From Candidatus Azoamicus viridis (GTDB lineage Bacteria > Pseudomonadota > Gammaproteobacteria > UBA6186 > Azoamicaceae), in contig DAWERM010000001.1 in NCBI GenBank assembly GCA_043390165.1, positions 50,777 through 114,776 on the forward strand: 64,000 nt of DNA, in the 5' to 3' direction. Below are positions 39,287-49,578 of this stretch, piece by piece. A model generated the notes under the pieces. It was not told where the DNA came from and did no database searches. It saw nothing but the letters and a program-made list of their open reading frames with translations. The translations under genes were made by a program, and so were the position numbers. Each line of letters begins with the position of its first letter. Position 1 is the first letter of the stretch.

Positions 39287-40146
39287 GATTTTTTTTTAAG
39301 TTTAAAAATTATTATTGCAGCTATAAATATTGATGAGTATGTTCCAATAATTATTCCCAATGATATCACTAAAGAAAATCCAAATAAAGATTTTCCTCCA
39401 AATATAGCTAAGACAATTGTAACAAATAGCGTAGATATTGAAGTTATTAGTGTTCTAGATAATGTTCTATTTATCGATTTGTTTATTATGTCTATATTAT
39501 TAATAGTATCATTTTTTTTTGAATATTCCCTTATTCTATCGAACACAACTATAGTGTCATTAATAGAGTATCCAAAAACAGTAAATAATGCGGCTAATAT
39601 AGTTAAGTCGAATTCTATATCTGTAAATACTATAACACCTGAGGTTATTATTACATCGTGGATTAGGGCTAGTATAGCACTTATTGCGAATATATATTCA
39701 AATCTATATGTTAAGTACATCATCATTGCTATAATAGCAATAAGAGCTGCTATTAAACAATTATTGATTGTTTCTCTATTCATTTCCTCTCCAAGGCTAT
39801 CTACTTTAATAATTTCTGCATTTTCATATATTGGATTTTCATTATATATAATATATTTTATTTTTTCTATTTTGTCTTCGATCTTACTTTTATCATTTTT
39901 TATTTTTAGTTGAATACTTTTATTAGATCCGAAATATTTAATTTTTGCATTTGATAGGTTTTTAAATTTTTTTTTTATTGTTTCTATTTCTACTTTGTCT
40001 TTGAAACGTATTTCTATTTCCGTACCTCCAGTAAATTCTATTCCCCAATTTATTTCACTTTTGATTATTAGTAATAGAGATATCATACATAGAAGTATAG
40101 ATATAGGTAGTGTTATATTGCTTATTTTTATAAAATTTATTTTCAT
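39256..40146 (-). CDS. secF: Protein translocase subunit SecF
   Basis: GIEFTGG, HDV, GYSINDTIVVFDRIRE, TLSRT..TS, GTYSSIF. Confidence 0.96.
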   Translation of the reverse strand: MKINFIKISNITLPISILLCMISLLLIIKSEINWGIEFTGGTEIEIRFKDKVEIETIKKKFKNLSNAKIKYFGSNKSIQLKIKNDKSKIEDKIEKIKYIIYNENPIYENAEIIKVDSLGEEMNRETINNCLIAALIAIIAMMMYLTYRFEYIFAISAILALIHDVIITSGVIVFTDIEFDLTILAALFTVFGYSINDTIVVFDRIREYSKKNDTINNIDIINKSINRTLSRTLITSISTLFVTIVLAIFGGKSLFGFSLVISLGIIIGTYSSIFIAAIIIFKLKKKSSKFNNYFNI

Positions 40147-41975
40147 ATTAATTTTATTTTTTTTTGTATAATTTTTATAATTGTTTTTGTTACGAATATA
40201 GATGAATACATAGATGTTATTATTCCTATTGATAATGTTATTGAAAATCCTTTTATAGGGCCTGTACCAAAAATAAATAGAATAATTCCGATTATCAATG
40301 TTGTGCAGTTTGAATCTACTATACTTGTGTATGCGTGTTCAAATCCTTTTTCTATTGAAACTATTTTATTGTTTCCATGTTCAATTTCTTCTTTTATTCT
40401 TTCGAATATCAATATATTAGCGTCTATACTGATTCCAATGGTTAATACTATTCCAGCTATACCTGGCAATGTAAGTACGACGCCAATTATTGACATGATA
40501 GATATGATTAATAACAAGTTTGTTATTAGTCCAATGTTTGCTATAATACCTAAACGTCTATAATAGATGGCCATGAATATAAGTATAACTAAAAATGATA
40601 TTGCTACTGATTTTATACCATCTTTTGTATTTTTAATTCCTAAAGTAGGTCCGATTATTTTTTCTTCTATTATTGATATTGTAGCAGGTAATGATCCTGA
40701 TCTGAGTAATAATGCCAAATCTTTTGATTCTTGAATGTTTAGACCAGTAATTTGAAAATTTGTTCCTAATGTGCTCATTATTGTAGCAACATTTATTATT
40801 TTTTCTGTAACTACTTCTTTTATTTTTATGTTTCCTTTTTTCATTATTTTTTTTATATGAGCTTCTTTATAAATTATTGCCATTTGATTTCCTATGTTTT
40901 GCATAGTTGTTAATTCAAATAAATTTATATTATTGCCACCTAATTTGATATTGATACATGGCTTGTTAAATTGTGAATCAAATCCAGTGCTTGCGTTTAT
41001 TATTGAATTTCCATCTAATATAATTTTGCTTTTTACTAATATTGGTCTATCATTTTTATCGTAAAACATCTTTGATTGTGGTGGTATTTTTCCATTTATA
41101 GAGTAATTTATCGTGTTTTCTGTATCGACAATCATGAAATTTAAAGTAGCTGTTTTACCTAATATATTTTTTGCTCTTGTTATATCTTGTATTCCAGGTA
41201 TTTCTATTATTATTTTATCTTTGCCATTTTTTTGAATTACTGAATCAGAAATTCCTAATTCATTTATTCTATTTGACAATATTGATATTGTTTGATTTAT
41301 AATATTATTTTTTATTTCAGTTTTTTTGTTTTTGTTAATATTTATTAATAATTCATTTTTTGATTTTTCTCCTATATTGATTTCTAAATCAGTAAAATGG
41401 CGCATTAATATTTTATATGCTAAATTTGTGTCTATTTCCGATTTAAACGACAATGCAATAGTTTTGTATGTGCTAAAATTTGCGATTGTAAATTTTATGT
41501 CATTTTCTCTTAATTTGTTTTTAATTTCTGTAGCTGTAGATTTGAATATGTGTTTAATATTTTTTTTTGTATTTATTTTGATTAATAGATGAACTCCACC
41601 TTTTAGGTCCAACCCTAGTTTCATTGGATATGCTCCAATTTTATTTAATATGAAGTGGTTTTTTGATGGTAAAATATTTAATGTAATATTGAGATTTTTG
41701 TTAAAGTTAGAATTCATAAATTCATAGCAGTTGAATTGATCTTCTGTATTTTTAAATAGAATGATTACATTATTATTTTCTAGGAGAATGGATTTATTTT
41801 TTATGGTATTTAATTCAAATTTGTTTTTTAGTTCATCGATAAAATTTTGATTTATATTATTTTCATTACTACTTATTATTATCGCATTATCTTCGCTGTT
41901 TATATTTGGAAGTGCGTACAAAATACTAAGTAGTAGCAATATTATTATAATTATACATTTGTTTTTTGTTGACAT
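40143..41975 (-). CDS. secD: Protein translocase subunit SecD
   Basis: LGLDLKGG, NRINELG, LLRSGSLP, IGPTLG, TLPGIAG, DANILIFERIKEE. Confidence 0.96.
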   Translation of the reverse strand: MSTKNKCIIIIILLLLSILYALPNINSEDNAIIISSNENNINQNFIDELKNKFELNTIKNKSILLENNNVIILFKNTEDQFNCYEFMNSNFNKNLNITLNILPSKNHFILNKIGAYPMKLGLDLKGGVHLLIKINTKKNIKHIFKSTATEIKNKLRENDIKFTIANFSTYKTIALSFKSEIDTNLAYKILMRHFTDLEINIGEKSKNELLININKNKKTEIKNNIINQTISILSNRINELGISDSVIQKNGKDKIIIEIPGIQDITRAKNILGKTATLNFMIVDTENTINYSINGKIPPQSKMFYDKNDRPILVKSKIILDGNSIINASTGFDSQFNKPCINIKLGGNNINLFELTTMQNIGNQMAIIYKEAHIKKIMKKGNIKIKEVVTEKIINVATIMSTLGTNFQITGLNIQESKDLALLLRSGSLPATISIIEEKIIGPTLGIKNTKDGIKSVAISFLVILIFMAIYYRRLGIIANIGLITNLLLIISIMSIIGVVLTLPGIAGIVLTIGISIDANILIFERIKEEIEHGNNKIVSIEKGFEHAYTSIVDSNCTTLIIGIILFIFGTGPIKGFSITLSIGIITSMYSSIFVTKTIIKIIQKKIKLI

Positions 41976-41978
41976 GTT

Positions 41979-42347
41979 TTATAGAGTTATTTGTTTAATT
42001 GTGCCTTTAGGTAGCGCATTCGTAATGGATTCTTTCTTTACTATTGCATTAATATTATCATTTAATGAAATTATCACGAATTGATCATGTATTTTGGCAA
42101 TTTTCCCTACGAAGCCTCCAGTAGTGATAATTTCGTCATTTATTTTTAAATTATCTGTAAGATTTTTATGATCTTTTGCTTTTTTTGTTTGTGGTCTTAT
42201 TAAAAGAAAATACATTAATACAAATAGTCCTCCAAACATTAACAGTGAACTTATCATTCCACTGGAATCGTTTGCGGTGTCTGCATATGCTAAGTTAGAA
42301 CTTATAGTTAAAATATAAACTAGTATTATTTTCATAATTTTCTCCAA
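41979..42347 (-). CDS. yajC: Preprotein translocase subunit YajC
   Basis: YFLLIRPQ.K, DEIITTGG, LPKGT. Confidence 0.94.
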   Translation of the reverse strand: MEKIMKIILVYILTISSNLAYADTANDSSGMISSLLMFGGLFVLMYFLLIRPQTKKAKDHKNLTDNLKINDEIITTGGFVGKIAKIHDQFVIISLNDNINAIVKKESITNALPKGTIKQITL

Positions 42348-42358
42348 ATAGTGTCGAT

Positions 42359-43456
42359 TTATATTATCCGTTTATAGGATTTGTAGAAATTATATAGAAA
42401 TTGTTCTATTTTGTCATTTATTATTGAGTTTCTAATATCTTCCATTAATTTTTTATAGAATTTTAGATTATGAATAGTATTTAATCTATGTGCTAATGTT
42501 TCTTTAGATTTATATAAATTGTATAAATATGATACTGTATAATTTTTACATGTGTAACATGAACAATCATCGTCTAATTTTTTAGTGATATATTTATTTT
42601 TGTTGTTTTTAATTTTAATTATTCCATGTGATGTGTATAGATGTCCATTTCTAGCGTTTCTTGTTGGAATAACACAATCAAACATATCTATTCCTCGTAG
42701 TACTGATTCAACTAAGTCTTGCGGTGATCCTACACCCATTAAGTATCGTGGTTTATTTTTTGGTAATTTATTTGTTAGATAATCTAGAATGTTTATTAAT
42801 TCTGTTTTAGATTCTCCTACAGAAAGTCCTCCTATAGCATATCCATCGAAATTTATTTTTTTTAATTCACATAATGACATGTTTCTTAATTCTGGATATA
42901 TGCTTCCTTGTATTATTCCAAATAGCGCAGAATTGGTTGTATGGTTTTTTTTAAATATTTTAGCCCAATCTAATGATTGTTTCATAGATTTATATGCTTC
43001 ACTGATGCTTATCGGATATTTTGTACATTCATCTAAGACCATTATTATGTCTGAGTTAATTATTTCTTGAGTTTTTACACATATTAATGGTGTTAAAACT
43101 ATATTTTTTCCATTATTTGTAGATTTAAATGTTATACTATTTTTTTTTATCGTTCTGTTTTTTAAGCTATATAATTGAAAACCACCTGAATCAGTAAGTA
43201 CAGCTCTATGCCAGTTCATATAGTTGTGTATTCCATTGTATTTCTTTAATATTTTTTCTCCAGGCCTTATCATTAGATGTAAAGTATTGGAAAGTATAAT
43301 TTTGTAATTCATGTCATAAAGATCATTTGATGATAATGTTTTTAACACGCCTTTAGTTGCTACAGGCATAAAAACAGGCGTATTAATTATGTTATTATTT
43401 ATAATTAATTTACCAGCGCGTGCGATTTTGTTTTCTTTTATTATTTTAAATTTCAT
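42359..43456 (-). CDS. tgt: tRNA-guanine transglycosylase
   Basis: TPVFMPV, TDSGGFQ, DEC, GIIQG, GGLSVGE, DMFDCV.PTR, CSCYTC..HN. Start taken at 43456. Confidence 0.96.
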   Translation of the reverse strand: MKFKIIKENKIARAGKLIINNNIINTPVFMPVATKGVLKTLSSNDLYDMNYKIILSNTLHLMIRPGEKILKKYNGIHNYMNWHRAVLTDSGGFQLYSLKNRTIKKNSITFKSTNNGKNIVLTPLICVKTQEIINSDIIMVLDECTKYPISISEAYKSMKQSLDWAKIFKKNHTTNSALFGIIQGSIYPELRNMSLCELKKINFDGYAIGGLSVGESKTELINILDYLTNKLPKNKPRYLMGVGSPQDLVESVLRGIDMFDCVIPTRNARNGHLYTSHGIIKIKNNKNKYITKKLDDDCSCYTCKNYTVSYLYNLYKSKETLAHRLNTIHNLKFYKKLMEDIRNSIINDKIEQFLYNFYKSYKRII

Positions 43457-43466
43457 ATATTTTCTT

Positions 43467-44486
43467 TTATTGATATATAAGCATTGCATCTCCATAACTA
43501 TAAAATTTATAATTATTCTTTATGGCGATTTGATATGTTTTTATAATTGTTTTTAAATCACTAAATGCTGATACTAATACTAATAATGTAGATTTTGGCA
43601 AATGAAAATTAGTAATTAACGCAGTTATTACATTAAATTTGAATCCAGGTTTTATAAATAGATTTGTTTCACCTTTAAATTGTTTAATTTTTCCATCTAA
43701 AGCAGCTGATTCTATTGCTCTTAATGTTGTTGTTCCGCATGCAAAAATTCTATTGCCAGTTTTTTTAGCTGATTCTATTTCATTACAAGTTTTTTTAGAT
43801 ATATTTATATATTCAAAGTGCATTTTGTGAAAGTTTATATTTTTTTTAGTTATTGGATTAAATGTTCCAGAGCCAATATGTAGAGTTATATAACATATTT
43901 TTATTCCCTTTTTTTTTAATTTTTCTAATAATTTTTTACAGAAATGTAGACCAGCTGTTGGAGCAGCGATGGAGCCTTTTTTTTTTGCATATAATGTTTG
44001 ATATCTTTTTTTATCTATGTATTGATTATTTTCTTTTATATATGATGGCGTAGGTGGAATGCCAAATTTTTTGATTATTGTTATTAATTTTATTTTTTTT
44101 GTATATATTTTATATAAATTATTTTTGTATTTTTCAATAATTATTTCAATGTTATTTTCTAGTATTAATTTTGTTATTTTGTGTATTTTTTTATTTGTTT
44201 TTATTAATCCTATCCCCTCAAAAGTGCTTATTATTTTTTCTATGAATATAGTTACTTTGCCTTTTGTATTTTTTTTACATATTATTTTAACAGAATTGAC
44301 ATAAGTATTGTTTAATATTAAGATGTCATTTTTATTGAATATTTCTTCTATATGTTCAAATTTTTTATGTTGGATGTCGTTGGTTTTTTTGTTTAAAATT
44401 AGCAATTTGCTTTTTGATCTATTTTGTTTAGGGATGTTTGCTATATATTTTTTGTCTAATTGGTAATTAAATAGTTCTGTTAACAT
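43467..44486 (-). CDS. queA: SAM:tRNA ribosyltransferase-isomerase
   Basis: RYQT.YA..GSIAAPTAGLHF, TLHIG.GTF, GTT..RA.E, TNFHLPKSTL, YSYGDAM. Confidence 0.96.
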   Translation of the reverse strand: MLTELFNYQLDKKYIANIPKQNRSKSKLLILNKKTNDIQHKKFEHIEEIFNKNDILILNNTYVNSVKIICKKNTKGKVTIFIEKIISTFEGIGLIKTNKKIHKITKLILENNIEIIIEKYKNNLYKIYTKKIKLITIIKKFGIPPTPSYIKENNQYIDKKRYQTLYAKKKGSIAAPTAGLHFCKKLLEKLKKKGIKICYITLHIGSGTFNPITKKNINFHKMHFEYINISKKTCNEIESAKKTGNRIFACGTTTLRAIESAALDGKIKQFKGETNLFIKPGFKFNVITALITNFHLPKSTLLVLVSAFSDLKTIIKTYQIAIKNNYKFYSYGDAMLIYQ

Positions 44487-44578
44487 TTTTTATTTTTATT
44501 GAATTTTTTTTTTAATATTTTATAATATAAGGAAATCTTATTTTATATTCAATGATTATTATTTAAAGTTGTTTATTA

Positions 44579-44663
44579 GCCGAGGTGGTGGAACTGGCAG
44601 ACACGACAGACTCAAAATTTGTTGATTGTTTCAATCGTGAGAGTTCGAGTCTCTCTCTCGGTA
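44579..44663 (+). tRNA. tRNA-Leu(CAA)
   Basis: GCCGAGG/TCTCGGT acceptor stem, ACAGA-CT-CAA-AA-TTTGT anticodon arm, long variable arm, GAGAG-TTCGAGT-CTCTC T arm, A73. No encoded CCA. Confidence 0.93.
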
Positions 44664-44684
44664 TTTTAGGTGGGTTGTTTTTTT

Positions 44685-45365
44685 ATGTCTATACTAGCCA
44701 ATTTAGATGGAACTTGGAGAGAAAAATTGTTGGAAGAATTTAGTAAATCTTATATGATAGAGTTGGAAAAGTTTTTATTTATTGAGAAAGAAAATAATAA
44801 GATAATATATCCTCATGACGATTGTATTTTCAATTGTTTTGCTTTTACTAAGTTTGATAATGTTAAGGTTGTGATTTTAGGGCAAGATCCTTATTCTGGA
44901 GAAAACCAAGCACATGGGTTGAGTTTTTCTGTTTTACCTGGTATACGAATACCTATGTCTTTGAAAAATATTTACAAAGAGCTTTATTATGATTTAAATA
45001 TACAGCCATCTAAATCTGGGTGTTTGATTGATTGGTCTAAGCAAGGAGTTTTATTACTAAATAGTATATTAACGGTTGAAAAATCAAAGCCACAGTCTCA
45101 TGCTAATATTGGATGGGAATTTTTTACAGATAAGGTTATTGAAATTTTATCTTCTTTAGATAAAAGAATAATTTTTGTTTTATGGGGAAATTATGCCATT
45201 AGTAAAGTTAAAAATATTGATTTAAATAAACATTTTATTATCAAATCTTCACATCCATCCCCATATTCCGCAAATAATGGATTTTTTGGTACGAGACCAT
45301 TTTCTAAGATTAATAATTATCTTAAATTTATTGGTGAGAGTATTATAGATTGGAGAATAATTTGA
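44685..45365 (+). CDS. ung: Uracil-DNA glycosylase
   Basis: VVILGQDPY, QAHGLSFS, QGVLLLN, HPSP; ATG at 44685. Confidence 0.96.
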   Translation: MSILANLDGTWREKLLEEFSKSYMIELEKFLFIEKENNKIIYPHDDCIFNCFAFTKFDNVKVVILGQDPYSGENQAHGLSFSVLPGIRIPMSLKNIYKELYYDLNIQPSKSGCLIDWSKQGVLLLNSILTVEKSKPQSHANIGWEFFTDKVIEILSSLDKRIIFVLWGNYAISKVKNIDLNKHFIIKSSHPSPYSANNGFFGTRPFSKINNYLKFIGESIIDWRII

Positions 45366-45377
45366 AACTTTATTATT

Positions 45378-46433
45378 ATGAATAAGTTTTTGATAGATCA
45401 ATTAAATTTTTATTTAATTGAATATAATAAATTAAAGGTTTTATTGGAAAATCCAACTATAATTTCTAATAGGAGTCAGTTTATTTCTATATCCAAAAAT
45501 TTTTCTAAAATAAAAGATGTTGCAAATATTTATTTGGATTATAAAAATATTGATGAAGAAATATTTGATCTTAAGGTTTTATTAAATGATTGTGATAGTA
45601 ATATGGAGGTTTTGATATTAGATGAAATAAAAGTTTTGTTGGATAAAAAATTAAATTTAGAGGATTATTTTAGTCGTTTTTTTTTATCAAGTAATGATGA
45701 TGAAAAAAAGAGTGTATTTGTTGAGTTAAGAGCAGCATCTGGAGGAGATGAAGCTGCAATATTTGTTGGTGATTTATTCAAAATGTATATAGCTTATTTT
45801 GAATCTAAAGATTGGAAAAGTGAAATGATTAGCTTTACAGTAGGACATCATGGTGGTTATAAAGATATTGTATTAAGATTAAATGGGAAAAATTTTTATT
45901 CAAAAATAAAATACGAGTCAGGAATTCATAGAGTTCAAAGAGTACCTAAAACAGACCCACAAGGAAGAGTGCATACTTCAACGTGCACAGTTGCTGTTTT
46001 GCCTGAATTTAGTGCAGTTGATTCTGTTAAAATTAATAATAATGATTTGAGAGTAGATACTTATAGAGCCTCTGGAGCTGGAGGACAACATGTTAATAAA
46101 ACAGATTCTGCTGTTAGGATTACTCATCTACCAACTGGAATTGTTTCCGAATGTCAACAAGAGCGATCTCAACACAAAAATAAAGCCAAAGCATTAGCAT
46201 TATTAGAAGCAAAGCTTTTATTTAAAGAGCAAAGAGATTTAAAAGTTGATCTGGATTTAAAGCGTAAAGATTTAGTTGGAAGTGGATATAGATCTGAAAA
46301 AATACGGACGTATAATTATATTCAAAATAGGATAACTGATCACAGAATAGATTTAGTTTTATATAGATTATCAGATGTAATGAGTGGGAAGTTAGATATA
46401 ATATTGGATGCTTTGATCAAAGCGTATGGGTAG
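45378..46433 (+). CDS. prfA: Peptide chain release factor 1
   Basis: HRVQRVPKT (PxT), GAGGQHVN, RSEKIRTYN..QNRITDHRI. Confidence 0.96.
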   Translation: MNKFLIDQLNFYLIEYNKLKVLLENPTIISNRSQFISISKNFSKIKDVANIYLDYKNIDEEIFDLKVLLNDCDSNMEVLILDEIKVLLDKKLNLEDYFSRFFLSSNDDEKKSVFVELRAASGGDEAAIFVGDLFKMYIAYFESKDWKSEMISFTVGHHGGYKDIVLRLNGKNFYSKIKYESGIHRVQRVPKTDPQGRVHTSTCTVAVLPEFSAVDSVKINNNDLRVDTYRASGAGGQHVNKTDSAVRITHLPTGIVSECQQERSQHKNKAKALALLEAKLLFKEQRDLKVDLDLKRKDLVGSGYRSEKIRTYNYIQNRITDHRIDLVLYRLSDVMSGKLDIILDALIKAYG

Positions 46434-47124
46434 TTATAATAAATGTATATTTTTAAATAAATTATTTAGTAGAAGCGTTTATAGAATACCGGTTACTTTT
46501 GTAGTAGGTTATAAGAATACTCATTATACAAGCTTTTTATTGTCTTATGGTTTATTGATTCCAAGACAAGAAACAATAGAATTAGTTGATATACTTGGCA
46601 GAGTTATTAAATTGTATTTTATTTGTACTGTTATCGATTTAGGAACTGGATCAGGGATACTTGGAGTATCATTGTTAAATAAATTTACAAATTTAAGTTT
46701 ATTGCTTACTGATAGATTTAAGAATATTTTATTTTTTACGATTATAAATGTCATAAGGCATAAATTGAGAAAATTAAAATTTATATGTTGCAATTGGTAT
46801 GATTTTATTCCTTATGGAGATAAGTTTGATTTGATTATTAGCAATCCTCCATATGTTTCAATGAATGAATATAGTTTTTTTGTAGATTTTTTAACTTTTG
46901 AGAAAAAGCATTCTCTTATATCTTTTGAATATGGATTGTCTGATTTGTATTATATAATTAAATTATCGTATCATTATTTGAATAATAATGGGTGTATTTT
47001 CTTTGAACATGGCTATTTACAGTCAAAAGCAATAAGAAAAGCTTTGAGATGTTCTGGTTTAAGTAATATATGTACATATAACGATTACTTTAATTTAAGT
47101 AGAATCACTTTTTCAGAAAAGTAG
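46426..47124 (+). CDS. prmC: Release factor glutamine methyltransferase (N-terminally truncated)
   Basis: LIPRQET, DLGTGSG, SNPPY, EHG..Q; follows prfA. Confidence 0.88.
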   Translation: MGSYNKCIFLNKLFSRSVYRIPVTFVVGYKNTHYTSFLLSYGLLIPRQETIELVDILGRVIKLYFICTVIDLGTGSGILGVSLLNKFTNLSLLLTDRFKNILFFTIINVIRHKLRKLKFICCNWYDFIPYGDKFDLIISNPPYVSMNEYSFFVDFLTFEKKHSLISFEYGLSDLYYIIKLSYHYLNNNGCIFFEHGYLQSKAIRKALRCSGLSNICTYNDYFNLSRITFSEK

Positions 47125-47127
47125 AAA

Positions 47128-48855
47128 TTATAAAAGATTAAGTTCTTTTAGTTTTTCTTTTTCTATACTTGATGGTGCATCAGTTAATGGACAATGAGAT
47201 GCTTGGTTTTTAGGAAATGCAATAACGTCTTTGATTGATTTTGATTCTGTCATTATCATAAGCAATCTGTCCAAGCCAATAGCTAATCCTCCCATTGGAG
47301 GGGCTCCTGAATTTAAAGCTTTTAAAAAAAAATCAAAATCCTTCAGGATTTTTTTACTATCAGTATACAGTAATTTAAATACATTTTCTTGTGTTTTTGC
47401 ATCATGTATTCTTATTGATCCGCCACCTAATTCTATTCCATTCATCACTATATCGTATGAATTTGATAAGCAATTTTTAGGGTTAATTGTAGTTGTATTT
47501 TTTTTCATTATAGGAGCAGTGAATGGGTGATGAGATGATTCCCATTTTTTATTTAAATTATTCCATTTAAACATGGGGTGTTTAATTATCCATATTGGGC
47601 TATATGATTTACTTATTATATTTAAATCATATCCTATGTCATTTCTAAGTTTTGAAAGAATATTGTATAAATTATTTTTTTCTCCAGCTATAATTATTAT
47701 TAAGTTTTCATTATTGTAATTTTTATCTATTTTTATGTAATTTAGTATTTTCTTTGTTATGTCATCTTTTAATGAAGATGTGGTTTCTTTGTTTTGTGTA
47801 TTTATTTTTATAAAGTGAAATATATTTAGTTTGTATTCTTTAACTAACTTTTCATATTTTGATAGATTAATTGTTGTTATTTTGTTATCTTTATCATTTG
47901 CATAAATTGATGATATTAAGTAATTTTTATTTGCGTATTTATAAAATATATCGTCTTTGTCGTTTTTAAATAACTTTTTAAGATTTCTTATTTTGAGTGG
48001 ATTTCTTAGATCTGGTTTGTCTGAGCCATATAAATCCATGGATTTTTTGTATGTGAGCTTTTTAATTTTTTTTGGTATAATTATATTAGTAAATTTTTTG
48101 AATAATGTTTTTATTATATTTTCTGTTAATTTCATTATAAAATTCTCATTTTTGAATGATATTTCAATATCTAATTGAGTGAATTCTGGCTGCCTATCTG
48201 ATCTTAAATCTTCATCTCTAAAACATTTTGCAATTTGATAGTATCTATCTATACCGGATATCATTAGAAGTTGCTTAAAAATTTGAGGAGATTGTGGAAG
48301 AGAAAAAAAGTTATACTTTTCTATTCTGCTAGGTACAACGTATTCTCTAGCACCTTCAGGTGTTGATCGCGTTAATATTGGAGTTTCTATGTCTAGAAAG
48401 TTTTTTTTATTTAATAGTTTTCTTATTTCATGAACGACATTACTTCTTAATATTAGTTTATCTGAAGCAATTTTTTGTCTTAAGTATATATATCTATATT
48501 TTAAACTTTGTTCTTCGTTAATTTTATTTATTTCATTAGGGAAGAATGGTAATTTTTCATCTGTTTTATTAATTATGATAAGCTCTTCTACTTGTAGTTC
48601 TATTGAATTTTGCGTACTGGTTGTCATAGTATTTTTAGTTCTTTCTACAATTATTCCTTTTACGCATATGATATATTCTTTTTTTATATCTATTTCTTTA
48701 TCTGTAATAGCTTGTATGATTCCTGATATATCTCTTATTTCTATAAATTTTATTTTTCCTAAATTTCTTATATTATTGACCCATCCACATATTGTAATTT
48801 TCTTATTTATGTGTTTTTTGTTTATAAGTCCGCAATAGTGAGTTCTTGATATCAT
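47128..48855 (-). CDS. aspS: Aspartate--tRNA ligase
   Basis: RTHYCG, STPEGAR, LPQSPQ.FKQ, FRDEDLRSDRQPEFTQ, GGGSIRIH, GLDRL. Confidence 0.97.
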   Translation of the reverse strand: MISRTHYCGLINKKHINKKITICGWVNNIRNLGKIKFIEIRDISGIIQAITDKEIDIKKEYIICVKGIIVERTKNTMTTSTQNSIELQVEELIIINKTDEKLPFFPNEINKINEEQSLKYRYIYLRQKIASDKLILRSNVVHEIRKLLNKKNFLDIETPILTRSTPEGAREYVVPSRIEKYNFFSLPQSPQIFKQLLMISGIDRYYQIAKCFRDEDLRSDRQPEFTQLDIEISFKNENFIMKLTENIIKTLFKKFTNIIIPKKIKKLTYKKSMDLYGSDKPDLRNPLKIRNLKKLFKNDKDDIFYKYANKNYLISSIYANDKDNKITTINLSKYEKLVKEYKLNIFHFIKINTQNKETTSSLKDDITKKILNYIKIDKNYNNENLIIIIAGEKNNLYNILSKLRNDIGYDLNIISKSYSPIWIIKHPMFKWNNLNKKWESSHHPFTAPIMKKNTTTINPKNCLSNSYDIVMNGIELGGGSIRIHDAKTQENVFKLLYTDSKKILKDFDFFLKALNSGAPPMGGLAIGLDRLLMIMTESKSIKDVIAFPKNQASHCPLTDAPSSIEKEKLKELNLL

Positions 48856-48862
48856 TTGTTAG

Positions 48863-49078
48863 TTATTTTTTAATGTTTTTAACTGGTGTATTTGTGTTTT
48901 TAAAATCAGTTGCATACCACCCCGTGCCTTTTAATTGAAAGCTTGTTATAGAAATAATTTTATTGAGAGTTTCCATATTGCAATTAGGGCATATGATTAT
49001 TAGTTTTTCTTTATATGATTTGTGCAATTTTTCTAGTTTGTAATTACAGCTATCACATTTATATTCGTATATTGGCAT
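48863..49078 (-). CDS. FmdB-family zinc-ribbon protein
   Basis: MPIYEYKC..C...CP.C..IS..FQLKGTGWYATDF; upstream of aspS. Confidence 0.88.
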   Translation of the reverse strand: MPIYEYKCDSCNYKLEKLHKSYKEKLIIICPNCNMETLNKIISITSFQLKGTGWYATDFKNTNTPVKNIKK

Positions 49079-49222
49079 AAATTTACTCATATTTGACTTT
49101 TATTAATAAAATTAAATCATTTTATTTAGATAATAATATAATTTTATTTTTAAGTCGATAGTTTTTTGTGTATTTGATTTATTATGGCTATAATTATAAT
49201 AATTTATTAAAAGAGATATTTT

Positions 49223-49486
49223 ATGATATTAGGTATACTTAAATCATTTGCTGTGTTAATTTTATTTTTTTTGTTTATGAAGTTAGTAGATTATACTATT
49301 AAATTTATATTTTTTGCAAAAAACAAGTCAATCAATAATAAAATGGATGAAAGTTCCAGTAAATCTAGTGATTCATATAGTTTAAATATGCTACAATGTG
49401 AAAAATGTAAAACTTATATTGTTAAGACTGATGCACATTATCATAACGGTAAGGTTTATTGTAAAAAAGAACATATCGAACAGTAA
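49223..49486 (+). CDS. Small membrane-anchored zinc-finger protein, PP0621-like
   Basis: N-terminal TM helix followed by M.QCEKC....DA....G..YC..EH. Confidence 0.65.
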   Translation: MILGILKSFAVLILFFLFMKLVDYTIKFIFFAKNKSINNKMDESSSKSSDSYSLNMLQCEKCKTYIVKTDAHYHNGKVYCKKEHIEQ

Positions 49487-49498
49487 TTTAATTCTTAT

Positions 49499-49572
49499 GC
49501 ACTTGTAGCTTAAATGGATAAAGCATTATATTCCGAATTTAATAGATGGAGGTTCAAATCCTCCCAAGTGCA
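49499..49572 (+). tRNA. tRNA-Arg(CCG)
   Basis: GCACTTG/CAAGTGC acceptor stem, D loop with A20, TTATA-TT-CCG-AA-TTTAA anticodon arm (one U-U mismatch), GGAGG-TTCAAAT-CCTCC T arm. No encoded CCA. Confidence 0.9.
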
Positions 49573-49578
49573 CTTAGA

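Noticed and set aside
39281-39913. 210-aa + strand ORF antisense to secF, plus the many 60-140 aa shadow ORFs inside or opposite narG, hppA, groEL, valS, nusA, fusA and others
   Set aside because: They overlap well-supported genes, have low-complexity I/F/L/S composition and no motifs, and are expected from biased codon usage.
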